This document shows positions 1-11,022 of a stretch of 64,000 nucleotides of DNA, one piece after another. Each line of letters opens with the position of its first letter. Positions within the stretch are counted from its first letter, which is position 1. The stretch spans positions 9,796,001-9,860,000 of the forward strand of contig OZ024740.1 in NCBI GenBank assembly GCA_964016885.1. Direction: 5' to 3'. This DNA is from Eledone cirrhosa (lineage: Eukaryota). The translations under genes were made by a program, and so were the position numbers. The notes beneath the pieces were generated by a model, which saw only the letters and a list, made by a program, of their open reading frames with translations, was not told the DNA's origin and made no database searches.

Positions 1-20
1 TGGTAGTCTTGTGGTTGATG

Positions 21-33
21 TGACCACTGGTCA
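21..33. other. Palindrome TGACCA-C-TGGTCA (first instance; present in most monomers)
   Basis: TGACCA and TGGTCA are exact reverse complements around a 1-nt centre. Function unknown. Confidence 0.9.
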
Positions 34-69
34 TCTGGTTTAGGCTTGTCACCAGACTGAGAGAGAAGT

Positions 70-77
70 GCTGGTGG
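70..77 (+). other. GCTGGTGG octamer identical to E. coli Chi (first instance; in most monomers, same strand)
   Basis: Direct match in ...GTGCTGGTGGTAG. Sequence identity only; no function shown. Confidence 0.85.
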
Positions 78-3000
78 TAGTCTTGTGGTTGATGTGACCA
101 CTGGTCATCTGGTTTAGGCTTGTCACCAGACTGAGAGAGAGGTGCTGGTGGTAGTCTTGTGGTTGATGTGACCACTGGTCATATGGTCTAGGCTTGTCAC
201 CAGACTGAGAAAGGGATGCTGGTGGTAGTCTTGTGGTTGATGTGACCACTGGTCATCTAGTATAGGTTTGTCACCAAACTGAGAGAGAGGTGCTGGTGGT
301 AGTCGTGTGGTTGATGTGACCACTGGTCATCTGGTTTAGGTTTGTCACCAGACTGAGAGAGGGGTGCTGGTGGTAGTCGTGTGGTTGATGTAACCACTGG
401 TCATCTGGTTTAGGTTTGTCACCACACTGAGAGAGGGGTGCTGGTGGTAGTCTTGTGGTTGATGTGACCACTGGTCATCTGGTGTAGGTTTGTCACCAGA
501 CTGAGAGAGAGGTGCTGGTGGTAGTCTTGAGGTTGATGTGACCACTGGTGTTCTGGTTTAGGTTTGTCACCAGACTGAGAAAGGGGTGCTGGTGGTAGTC
601 TTGTGGTTGATGTGACCACTGGTCATCTGGTTTAGGCTTTTCACCGGACTGAGAGAGGTGTGCTGGTGGTAGTCTTGTGGTTGATGTGACCACTGGTCAT
701 CTGGTTTAGGCTTGTCACCAGACTGAGAGAGAGGTGCTGGTGGTAGTCTTGTGGTTGATGTGACCACTGGTCATCTGGTTTAGGCTTGTCACCAGACTGA
801 GAGAGGGGTGCTGGTGGTAGTCTTGTGGTTGATGTGACCACTGGTCATCTGGTTTAGGCTTGTCACCAGACTGAGAGAGGGTTACTGGTGGTAGTCTTGT
901 GGTTGGTGTGACCTCTGGTCATCTGGTTTAGGCTTGTCACCAGACTGAGAGAGAGGTGCTGGTGTTAGTCGTGTGGTTGATGTGACCACTGGTCATCTGG
1001 TTTAGGTTTGTCACCAGACTGAGAGAGGGGTGCTGGTGGTAGTCTTGCGGTTGATGTGACCACTGGTCATCTAGTCTAGGTTTGTCACTAGACTGAGAGA
1101 GAGGTGCTGGTGGTAGTCGTGTGGTTGATGTGATCTCTGGTCATCTGGTTTAGGCTTGTCACCAGACTGAGAAAGGGGTGCTGGTGGTAGTCTTTTGGTT
1201 GATGTGACCACTGGTCATCTGGTCTAGGCTTGTCACCAGACTGAGAGAGAGGTGCTGGTGGTAGTCTTGTGGTTGATGTGACCACTGGTCATCTGGTTTA
1301 GGCTTGTCACCAGACTGAGAGAGAAGTGCTGGTGGTAGTCTTGTGGTTGATGTGACCACTGGTCATCTGGTTTAGGCTTGTCACCAGACTGAGAGAGAGG
1401 TGCTGGTGGTAGTCTTGTGGTTGATGTGACCACTGGTCATATGGTCTAGGCTTGTCACCAGACTGAGAAAGGGATGCTGGTGGTAGTCTTGTGGTTGATG
1501 TGACCACTGGTCATCTAGTATAGGTTTGTCACCAAACTGAGAGAGAGGTGCTGGTGGTAGTCGTCTGGTTGATGTGACCACTGGTCATCTGGTTTAGGTT
1601 TGTCACCAGACTGAGAGAGGGGTGCTGGTGGTAGTCGTGTGGTTGATGTAACCACTGGTCATCTGGTTTAGGTTTGTCACCACACTGAGAGAGGGGTGCT
1701 GGTGGTAGTCTTGTGGTGGATGTGACCACTGGTCATCTGGTGTAGGTTTGTCACCAGACTGAGAGAGGGGTGCTGGTGATAGTCTTGTGGTTGATGTGAC
1801 CACTGGTCATCTGGTTTAGGTTTGTTACCAGACTGAGAGAGAGGTGCTGGTGGTAGTCTTGTGGTTGATGTGACCACTGGTCATCTGGTTTAGGCTTGTC
1901 ACCAGACTGAAGGAGGGGTGCTCGTGGTAGTCTTGTGGTTGATGTGACCACTGGTCATCTGGTTTAGGCTTGTCACCAGACTGAGAGAGGGTTTCTGGTG
2001 GTAGTCTTGTGGTTGATGTGACCACTGGTCATCTGGTTTAGGCTTGTCACCAGACTGAGAGAGAGGTGCTGGTGGTTGTCTTGTGGTTGATGTGACCTCT
2101 GGTCATCTGGTTTAGGTTTTGCACCAGACTGAGAGTGGGGTGCTGGTGATAGTCTTGTGGTTGATGTGACCACTGGTCATCTGGTTTAGGCTTGTCACCA
2201 GACTGAGAGAGGGTGCTGGTGGTAGTCTTGTGGTTGATGTGACCACAGGTCATCTGGTTTAGGCTTGTCACCAGACTGAGAGAGGGGTGCTGGTGGTAGT
2301 CTTGTGGTTTATGTGACCACTGGTCATCTGGTTTAGACTTGCCACCAGACTGAGAAAGGGGTGCTGGTGGTAGTCTTGTGGTTGATGTGACCACTGGTCA
2401 TCTGGTTTAGGCTTGTCACCAGACTGAGAGTGAGGTGCTGGTGGTAGTCTTGTGGTTGATGTGACCACTGGTCATCTGGTTTAGGTTTGTCACCAGACTG
2501 AGAAAGGGGTGCTGGTGGTAGTCTTGTGTTTGATGTGACCACTGGTCATTTGGTTTAGGTTTGTCACCAGACTGAGAGAGGGGTGCTGGTGGTAGTCTTG
2601 TGGTTGATGTGACCACTGGTCATCTGGTTTAGGCTTGTCACCAGACTGAGAGTGAGGTGCTGGTGGTAGTCTTGTGGTTGATGTGACCTCTGGTCATCTG
2701 GTTTAGGCTTGTCACCAGACTGAGAGAGAGGTGCTGGTGGTAGTCTTGAGGTTGATGTGACCACTGGTGTTCTGGTTTAGGTTTGTCACCAGACTGAGAA
2801 AGGGGTGCTGGTGGTAGTCTTGTGGTTGATGTGACCACTGGTCATCTGGTTTAGACTTTTCACCGGACTGAGAGAGGTGTGCGGGTGGTAGTCTTGTGGT
2901 TGATGTGACCACTGGTCATCTGGTTTAGGCTTGTCACCAGACTGAGAGAGAGGTGCTGGTGGTAGTCTTGTGGTTGATGTGACCACTGGTCATCTGGTTT

Positions 3001-3703
3001 AGGCTTGTCACCAGACTGAGAGAGGGGTGCTGGTGGTAGTCTTGTGGTTGATGTGACCACTGGTCATCTGGTTTAGGCTTGTCACCAGACTGAGAGAGGG
3101 TTACTGGTGGTAGTCTTGTGGTTGGTGTGACCTCTGGTCATCTGGTTTAGGCTTGTCACCAGACTGAGAGAGAGGTGCTGGTGTTAGTCGTGTGGTTGAT
3201 GTGACCACTGGTCATCTGGTTTAGGTTTGTCACCAGACTGAGAGAGGGGTGCTGGTGGTAGTCTTGCGGTTGATGTGACCACTGGTCATCTAGTCTAGGT
3301 TTGTCACCAGACTGAGAGAGAGGTGCTGGTGGTAGTCGTGTGGTTGATGTGATCTCTGGTCATCTGGTTTAGGCTTGTCACCAGACTGAGAGAGGGGTGC
3401 TGGTGGTAGTCTTGCGGTTGATGTGACCACTGGTCATCTGGTTTAGGTATGTTTACCAGACTGAGAGAGGGGTGCTGGTTGTAGTCTTGTGGTTGATGTG
3501 ACGACTGGTCATCTGGTTTAGGTTTGTCACCATACTGAGAGAGGGGTGCTTGTGGTAGTCTTGTGGTTGGTGTGACCACTGGTCATCTGGTTTAGGTTTG
3601 TCACCATACTGAGAGAGGGGTGCTGGTGGTAGTCTTGTGGTTGATGTGACCACTGGTCAACTGGTTTAGGTTTGTCACCAGACTGAGAAAGGGGTGCTGG
3701 TGA

Positions 3704-6700
3704 TAGTCTTGTGGTTGATGTGACCACTGGTCATCTGGTTTAGGTTTGTCACCAGACTGAGAAAGGGGTGCTGGTGGTAGTCTTGTGGTTGACGTGACCA
3801 CTGGTCATCTGGTTTAGGCTTGTCACCAGACTGAGAGAGAAGTGCTGGTGGTAGTCTTGTGGTTGATGTGACCACTGGTCATCTGGTTTAGGCTTGTCAC
3901 CAGACTGAGAGAGAGGTGCTGGTGGTAGTCTTGTGGTTGATGTGACCACTGGTCATCTGGTTTAGGCTTGTCACCAGAGTGAGAAAGGGGTGCTGGTGGT
4001 AGTCTTGTGGTTGATGTGACCACTGGTCATCTGGTTTAGGCTTGTCACTAGACTGAGTGTGGGGTGCTGGTGGTAGTCTTGTGGTTGATGTGACCACTGG
4101 TCATCTGGTTTAGGCTTGTCACCAGACTGAGAGAGAGGTGCTGGTGGTAGTCTTGTGGTTGATGTGACCACTGGTAATCTGGTTTAGGCTTGTCACCAGA
4201 CTGAGAGAGAGGTGCTGGTGGTAGTCTTGTGGTTGATGTGACCACTGGTCATCTGGTTTAAGCTTGTCACCAGACTGAGAGAGAGGTGCTGGTGGTAGTC
4301 TTGTGGTTGATCTGACCACTGGTCATCTGGTTTAAGCTTGTCACCAGACTAAGGAAGGGGTGCTGGTGGTAGTCTTTTGGTTGATGTGACCACTGGTCAT
4401 CTGGTCTAGGCTTGTCACCAGACTGAGAGAGAGGTGCTGGTGGTAGTCTTGTGGTTGATGTGACCACTGGTCATCTGGTTTAGGCTTGTCACCAGACTGA
4501 GAGAGAAGTGCTGGTGGTAGTCTTGTGGTTGATGTGACCACTGGTCATCTGGTTTAGGCTTGTCACCAGACTGAGAGAGAGGTGCTGGTGGTAGTCTTGT
4601 GGTTGATGTAACCACTGGTCATATGGTCTAGGCTTGTCACCAGACTGAGAAAGGGATGCTGGTGGTAGTCTTGTGGTTGATGTGACCACTGGTCATCTAG
4701 TATAGGTTTGTCACCAGACTGAGAGAGAGGTGCTGGTGGTAGTCTTGAGGTTGATGTGACCACTGGTGTTCTGGTTTAGGTTTGTCACCAGACTGAGAAA
4801 GGGGTGCTGGTTGTAGTCTTGTGGTTGATGTGACCACTGGTCATCTGGTTTAGGCTTTTCACCGGACTGAGAGAGGTGTGCTGGTGGTAGTCTTGTGGTT
4901 GATGTGACCACTGGTCATCTGGTTTAGGCTTGTCACCAGACTGAGAGAGAGGTGCTGGTGGTAGTCTTGTGGTTGATGTGACCACTGGTCATCTGGTTTA
5001 GGCTTGTCACCAGACTGAGAGAGGGGTGCTGGTGGTAGTCTTGTGGTTGATGTGACCACTGGTCATCTGGTTTAGGCTTGTCACCAGACTGAGAGAGGGT
5101 TACTGGTGGTAGTCTTGTGGTTGGTGTGACCTCTGGTCATCTGGTTAAGGCTTGTCACCAGACTGAGAGAGAGGTGCTGGTGTTAGTCGTGTGGTTGATG
5201 TGACCACTGGTCATCTGGTTTAGGTTTGTCACCAGACTGAGAGAGGGGTGCTGGTGGTAGTCTTGCGGTTGATGTGACCACTGGTCATCTAGTCTAGGTT
5301 TGTCACTAGACTGAGAGAGAGGTGCTGGTGGTAGTCGTGTGGTTGATGTGATCTCTGGTCATCTGGTTTAGGCTTGTCACCAGACTGAGAGAGAGGTGCT
5401 GTTGGTAGCCTTGCGGTTGATGTGACCACTGGTCATCTGGTTTAGGTATGTTTACCAGACTGAGAGAGGGGTGCTGGTTGTAGTCTTGTGGTTGATGTGA
5501 CCACTGGTCAACTGGTTTAGGTTTGTCACCAGACTGAGAAAGGGGTGCTGGTGATAGTCTGTGGTTGATGTGACCACTGGTCATCTGGTTTAGGTTTGTC
5601 ACCAGACTGAGAAAGGGGTGCTGGTGGTAGTCTTGTGGTTGACGTGACCACTGGTCATCTGGTTTAGGCTTGTCACCAGACTGAGAGAGAGGTGCTGGTG
5701 GTAGTCTTGTAGTTGATGTGACCACTGGTCATCTGGTTTAGGTTTGTCACTAGACTGAGAGAGAGGTGCTGGCGGTAGTCTTGTAGTTGATGTGACCACT
5801 GGTCATCTGGTTTAGGCTTGTCACCAGAGTGAGAAAGGGGTGCTGGTGGTAGTCTTGTGGTTGATGTGACCACTGGTCATCTGGTTTAGGCTTGTCACCA
5901 GACTGAGAGAGAGGTGCTGGTGGTAGTCTTGTGGTTGATGTGACCACTGGTAATCTGGTTTAGGCTTGTCACCAGACTGAGAGAGAGGTGCTGGTGGTAG
6001 TCTTGTGGTTGATGTGACCACTGGTCATCTGGTTTAAGCTTGTCACCAGACTGAGAGAGAGGTGCTGGTGGTAGTCTTGTAGTTGATGTGACCACTGGTC
6101 ATCTGGTTTAGGCTTGTCACCAGAGTGAGAAAGGGGTGCTGGTGGTAGTTTTGTGGTTGATGTGACCACTGGTCATCTGGTTTAGGCTTGTCACTAGACT
6201 GAGAGTGGGGTGCTGGTGGTAGTCTTGTAGTTGATGTGACCACTGGTCATCTGGTTTAGGCTTGTCACCAGAGTGAGAAAGGGGTGCTGGTGGTAGTCTT
6301 GTGGTTGATGTGACCACTGGTCATCTGGTTTAGGCTTGTCACCAGACTGAGAGAGAGGTGCTGGTGGTAGTCTTGTGGTTGATGTGACCACTGGTAATCT
6401 GGTTTAGGATTGTCACCAGACTGAGAGAGAGGTGCTGGTGGTAGTCTTGTGGTTGATGTGACCACTGGTCATCTGGTTTAAGCTTGTCACCAGACTGAGA
6501 GAGAGGTGCTGGTGGTAGTCTTGTGGTTGATGTGACCACTGGTCATCTGGTTTAAGCTTGTCACCAGACTAAGGAAGGGGTGCTGGTGGTAGTCTTTTGG
6601 TTGATGTGACCACTGGTCATCTGGTCTAGGCTTGTCACCAGACTGAGAGAGAGGTGCTGGTGGTACTCTTGTGGTTGATGTGACCACTGGTCATCTGGTT

Positions 6701-9551
6701 TAGGCTTGTCACCAGACTGAGAGAGAAGTGCTGGTGGTAGTCTTGTGGTTGATGTGACCACTGGTCATCTGGTTTAGGCTTGTCACCAGACTGAGAGAGA
6801 GGTGCTGGTGGTAGTCTTGTGGTTGATGTGACCACTGGTCATATGGTCAAGGCTTGTCACCAGACTGAGAAAGGGATGCTGGTGGTAGTCTTGTGGTTGA
6901 TGTGACCACTGGTCATCTGGTTTAGGCTTGTCACCAGACTGAGAGAGAGGTGCTGGTGGTAGTCTTGTGGTTGATGTGACCACTGGTCATATGGTCTAGG
7001 CTTGTCACCAGACTGAGAAAGGGATGCTGGTGGTAGTCTTGTGGTTGATGTGACCACTGGTCATCTAGTATAGGTTTGTCACCAAACTGAGAGAGAGGTG
7101 CTGGTGGTAGTCGTGTGGTTGATGTGACCACTGGTCATCTGGTTTAAGTTTGTCACCAGACTGAGAGAGGGGTGCTGGTGGTAGTCGTGTGGTTGATGTA
7201 ACCACTGGTCATCTGGTTTAGGTTTGTCACCACACTGAGAGAGGGGTGCTGGTGGTAGTCTTGTGGTTGATGTGACCACTGGTCATCTGGTGTAGGTTTG
7301 TCACCAGACTGAGAGAGAGGTGCTGGTGGTAGTCTTGAGGTTGATGTGACCACTGGTGTTCTGGTTTAGGTTTGTCACCAGACTTAGAAAGGGGTGCTGG
7401 TGGTAGTCTTGTGGTTGATGTGACCACTGGTCATCTGGTTTAGGCTTTTCACCGGACTGAGAGAGGTGTGCTGGTGGTAGTCTTGTGGTTGATGTGACCA
7501 CTGGTCATCTGGTTTAGGCTTGTCACCAGACTGAGAGAGAGGTGCTGGTGGTAGTCTTGTGGTTGATGTGACCACTGGTCATCTGGTTTAGGCTTGTCAC
7601 CAGACTGAGAGAGGGGTGCTGGTGGTAGTCTTGTGGTTGATGTGACCACTGGTCATCTGGTTTAGGCTTGTCACCAGACTGAGAGAGGGTTACTGGTGGT
7701 AGTCTTGTGGTTGGTGTGACCTCTGGTCATCTGGTTTAGGCTTGTCACCAGACTGAGAGAGAGGTGCTGGTGTTAGTCGTGTGGTTGATGTGACCACTGG
7801 TCATCTGGTTTAGGTTTGTCACCAGACTGAGAGAGGGGTGCTGGTGGTAGTCTTGCGGTTGATGTGACCACTGGTCATCTAGTCTAGGTTTGTCACTAGA
7901 CTGAGAGAGAGGTGCTGGTGGTAGTCGTGTGGTTGATGTGATCTCTGGTCATCTGGTTTAGGCTTGTCACCAGACTGAGAGAGGGGTGCTGGTGGTAGTC
8001 TTGCGGTTGATGTGACCACTGGTCATCTAGTCTAGGTTTGTTACCAGACTGAGAGAGAGGTGCTGTTGGTAGTCTTGCGGTTGATGTGACCACTGGTCAT
8101 CTGGTTTAGGTATGTTTACCAGACTGAGAGAGGGGTGCTTGTGGTAGTCTTGTGGTTGATGTGACCACTGGTCATCTGGTTTAGGTTTGTCACCATACTG
8201 AGAGAGGGGTGCTTGTGGTAGTCTTGTGGTTGATGTGACCACTGGTCATCTGGTTTAGGTTTGTCACCATACTGAGAGAGGGGTGCTGGTGGTAGTCTTG
8301 TGGTTGATGTGACCACTGGTCAACTGGTTTAGGTTTGTCACCAGACTGAGAAAGGGGTGATGGTGATAGTCTTGTGGTTGATGTGACCACTGGTCATCTG
8401 GTTTAGGTTTGTCACCAGACTGAGAAAGGGCTGCTGGTGGTAGTCTTGTGGTTGACGTGACCACTGGTCATCTGGTTTAGGCTTGTCACCAGACTGAGAG
8501 AGGGGTGCTGGTGGTAGTCTTGTGGTTGATGTGACCACTGGTCATCTGGTTTAGGCTTGTCACTAGACTGAGAGTGGGGTGCTGGTGGTAGTCTTGTGGT
8601 TGATGTGACCACTGGTCATCTGGTTTAGGCTTGTCACCAGACTGAGAGAGAGGTGCTGGTGGTAGTCTTGTGGTTGATGTGACCACTGGTAATCTGGTTT
8701 AGGCTTGTCACCAGACTGAGAGAGAGGTGCTGGTGGTAGTCTTGTGGTTGATGTGACCACTGGTCATCTGGTTTAGGCGTGTCACCAGACTGAGAGAGAA
8801 GTGCTGGTGGTAGTCTTGTGGTTGATGTGACTACTGGTCATCTGGTTTAGGCTTGTCACCAGACTGAGAGAGAGGTGCTGGTGGTAGTCTTGTGGTTGAT
8901 GTGACCACTGGTCATATGGTCAAGGCTTGTCACCAGACTGAGAAAGGGATGCTGGTGGTAGTCTTGTGGTTGATGTGACCACTGGTCATCTGGTTTAGGT
9001 TTGTCACCAGACTGAGAGAGGGGTGCTGGTGGTAGTCGTGTGGTTGATGTAACCACTGGTCATCTGGTTTAGGTTTGTCACCACACTGAGAGAGGGGTGC
9101 TGGTGGTAGTCTTGTGGTTGATGTGACCACTGGTCATCTGGTGTAGGTTTGTCACCAGACTGAGAGAGGGGTGCTGGTGATAGTCTTGTGGGTGATGTGA
9201 CCACTGGTCATCTGGTTTAGGTTTGTTACCAGACTGAGAGAGAGGTGCTGGTGGTAGTCTTGTGGTTGATGTGACCACTGGTCATCTGGTTTAGGCTTGT
9301 CACCATACTGAGAGAGGGGTGCTGGTGGTAGTCTTGTGGTTGATGTGACCACTGGTCATCTGGTTTAGGCTTGTCACCAGACTGAAGGAGGGGTGCTGGT
9401 GGTAGTCTTGTGGTTGATGTGACCACTGGTCATCTGGTTTAGGCTTGTCACCAGACTGAGAGAGGGTATCTGGTGGTAGTCTTGTGGTTGATGTGACCAC
9501 TGGTCATCTGGTTTAGGCTTGTCACCAGACTGAGAGAGAGGTGCTGGTGGT
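3704..9551. repeat. Block A (~5.85 kb, ~79 monomers), duplicated at +9843 bp
   Basis: Order of rare variants matches 13547-19394 (ORF pairs 3749/13592, 5306/15149, 7896/17739, 9300/19143, all +9843). Few differences, e.g. TAGCC near 5409 and GACTTAG near 7385 occur only in this copy. Confidence 0.9.
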
Positions 9552-11022
9552 TGTCTTGTGGTTGATGTGACCTCTTGTCATCTGGTTTAGGTTTTGCCCC
9601 AGACTGAGAGTGGGGTGCTGGTGATAGTCTTGTGGTTGATGTGACCACTGGTCATCTTGTTTAGGCTTGTCACCAGACTGAGAGAGGGTACTGGTGGTAG
9701 TCTTGTGGTTGATGTGACCACTGGTATTCTGGTTTAGGCTTGTCAACAGACTGAGAGAGGGGTGCTGGTGGTAGTCTTGTGGTTGATGTGACCACTGGTA
9801 TTCTGGTTTAGGCTTGTCACCAGACTGAGAGAGGGGTGCTAGTGGTAGTCTTGTGGTTGATGTGACCACTGGTCATCTGGTTTAGGTTTGTCACCAGACT
9901 GAGAGAGGGGTGGTGGTGGTGGTCTTGTGGTTGATGTGACCACTGGTCATCTGGTTTAGGTTTGTCACCAGACTGAGAGAGGGGTGCTGGTGGTAGTCTT
10001 GTGTTTGATGTGACCACTGGTCATTTGGGTTAGGTTTGTCACCAGACTGAGAGAGGGGTGCTGGTGGTAGTCTTGTGGTTGATGTGACCACTGGTCATCT
10101 GGTTTAGGCTTGTCACCAGACTGAGAGAGGGGTGCTGGTGGTAGTCTTGTGGTTGATGTAACCACTGGTCATCTGGTTTAGGTTTGTCACCAGACTGAGA
10201 AAGGGGTGCTGGTGGTAGTCTTGTGGTTGATGTGACCACTGGTCATCTGGTTTAGGTTTGTCACCAGACTGAGAAAGGTGTGCTGGTGGTAGTCTTGTGG
10301 TTGATGTGACCACTGGTCATCTGGTTTAGGCTTGTCACCAGACTGAGAGAGAGGTGCTGGTGGTAGTCTTGTGGTTGATGTGACCACTGGTCATCTGGTT
10401 TAGGCTTGTCACCAGACTGAGAGTGGGGTGCTGGTGATAGTCTTGTGGTTGATGTGACCACTGGTCATCTGGTTTAGGTTAGTCACAAGACTGAGAGAGG
10501 GGTGCTGGTGGTAGTCTTGTGGTTGATGTGACCACTGGTCATCTGGTTTAGGTTTGTCACCAGGCTGAGAGAGGGGTGCTGGTGGTAGTCTTGTGTTTGA
10601 TGTGACCACTGGTCATCTGGTTTAGGTTTGTCACCAGACTGAGAGAGGGGTGCTGGTGGTAGTCTTGTGGTTGATGTGACCACTGGTCATCTGGTTTAGG
10701 CTTCTCACCAGACTGAGAGAGAGGTGCTGGTGATAGTCTTGTGGTTGATGTGACCACTGGTCATCTGGTTTAAGCTTGTCACCAGACTGAGAGAGAGGTG
10801 CTGGTGGTAGTCTTGTGGTTGATGTGACCACTGGTCATCTGGTTTAAGCTTGTCACCAGACTAAGGAAGGGGTGCTGGTGGTAGTCTTTTGGTTGATGTG
10901 ACCACTGGTCATCTGGTCTAGGCTTGTCACCAGACTGAGAGAGAGGTGCTGGTGGTAGTCTTGTGGTTGATGTGACCACTGGTCATCTGGTTTAGGCTTG
11001 TCACCAGACTGAGAGAGAAGTG

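Noticed and set aside
21-33. Estrogen response element
   Set aside because: An ERE is GGTCAnnnTGACC; here the half-sites are in the opposite (everted) order.
1-74. tRNA or tRNA-derived tandem array (tRNA-like length)
   Set aside because: No cloverleaf and no T-loop/B-box GTTCRA motif on either strand of the consensus.
125-145. Repeated splice acceptor on the minus strand (CTCTCTCTCAG) implying a micro-exon array
   Set aside because: It is simply the complement of the GA tract; the nearby GTGACA is a poor donor and there is no transcript evidence.
1-148. Hammerhead ribozyme satellite, as in newt, schistosome and cricket satellites
   Set aside because: CTGAGAG on + and CAGATGA on - do not match the CUGANGA core, and there is no correctly placed GAAA with three stems. 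An Infernal/Rfam scan would settle it.
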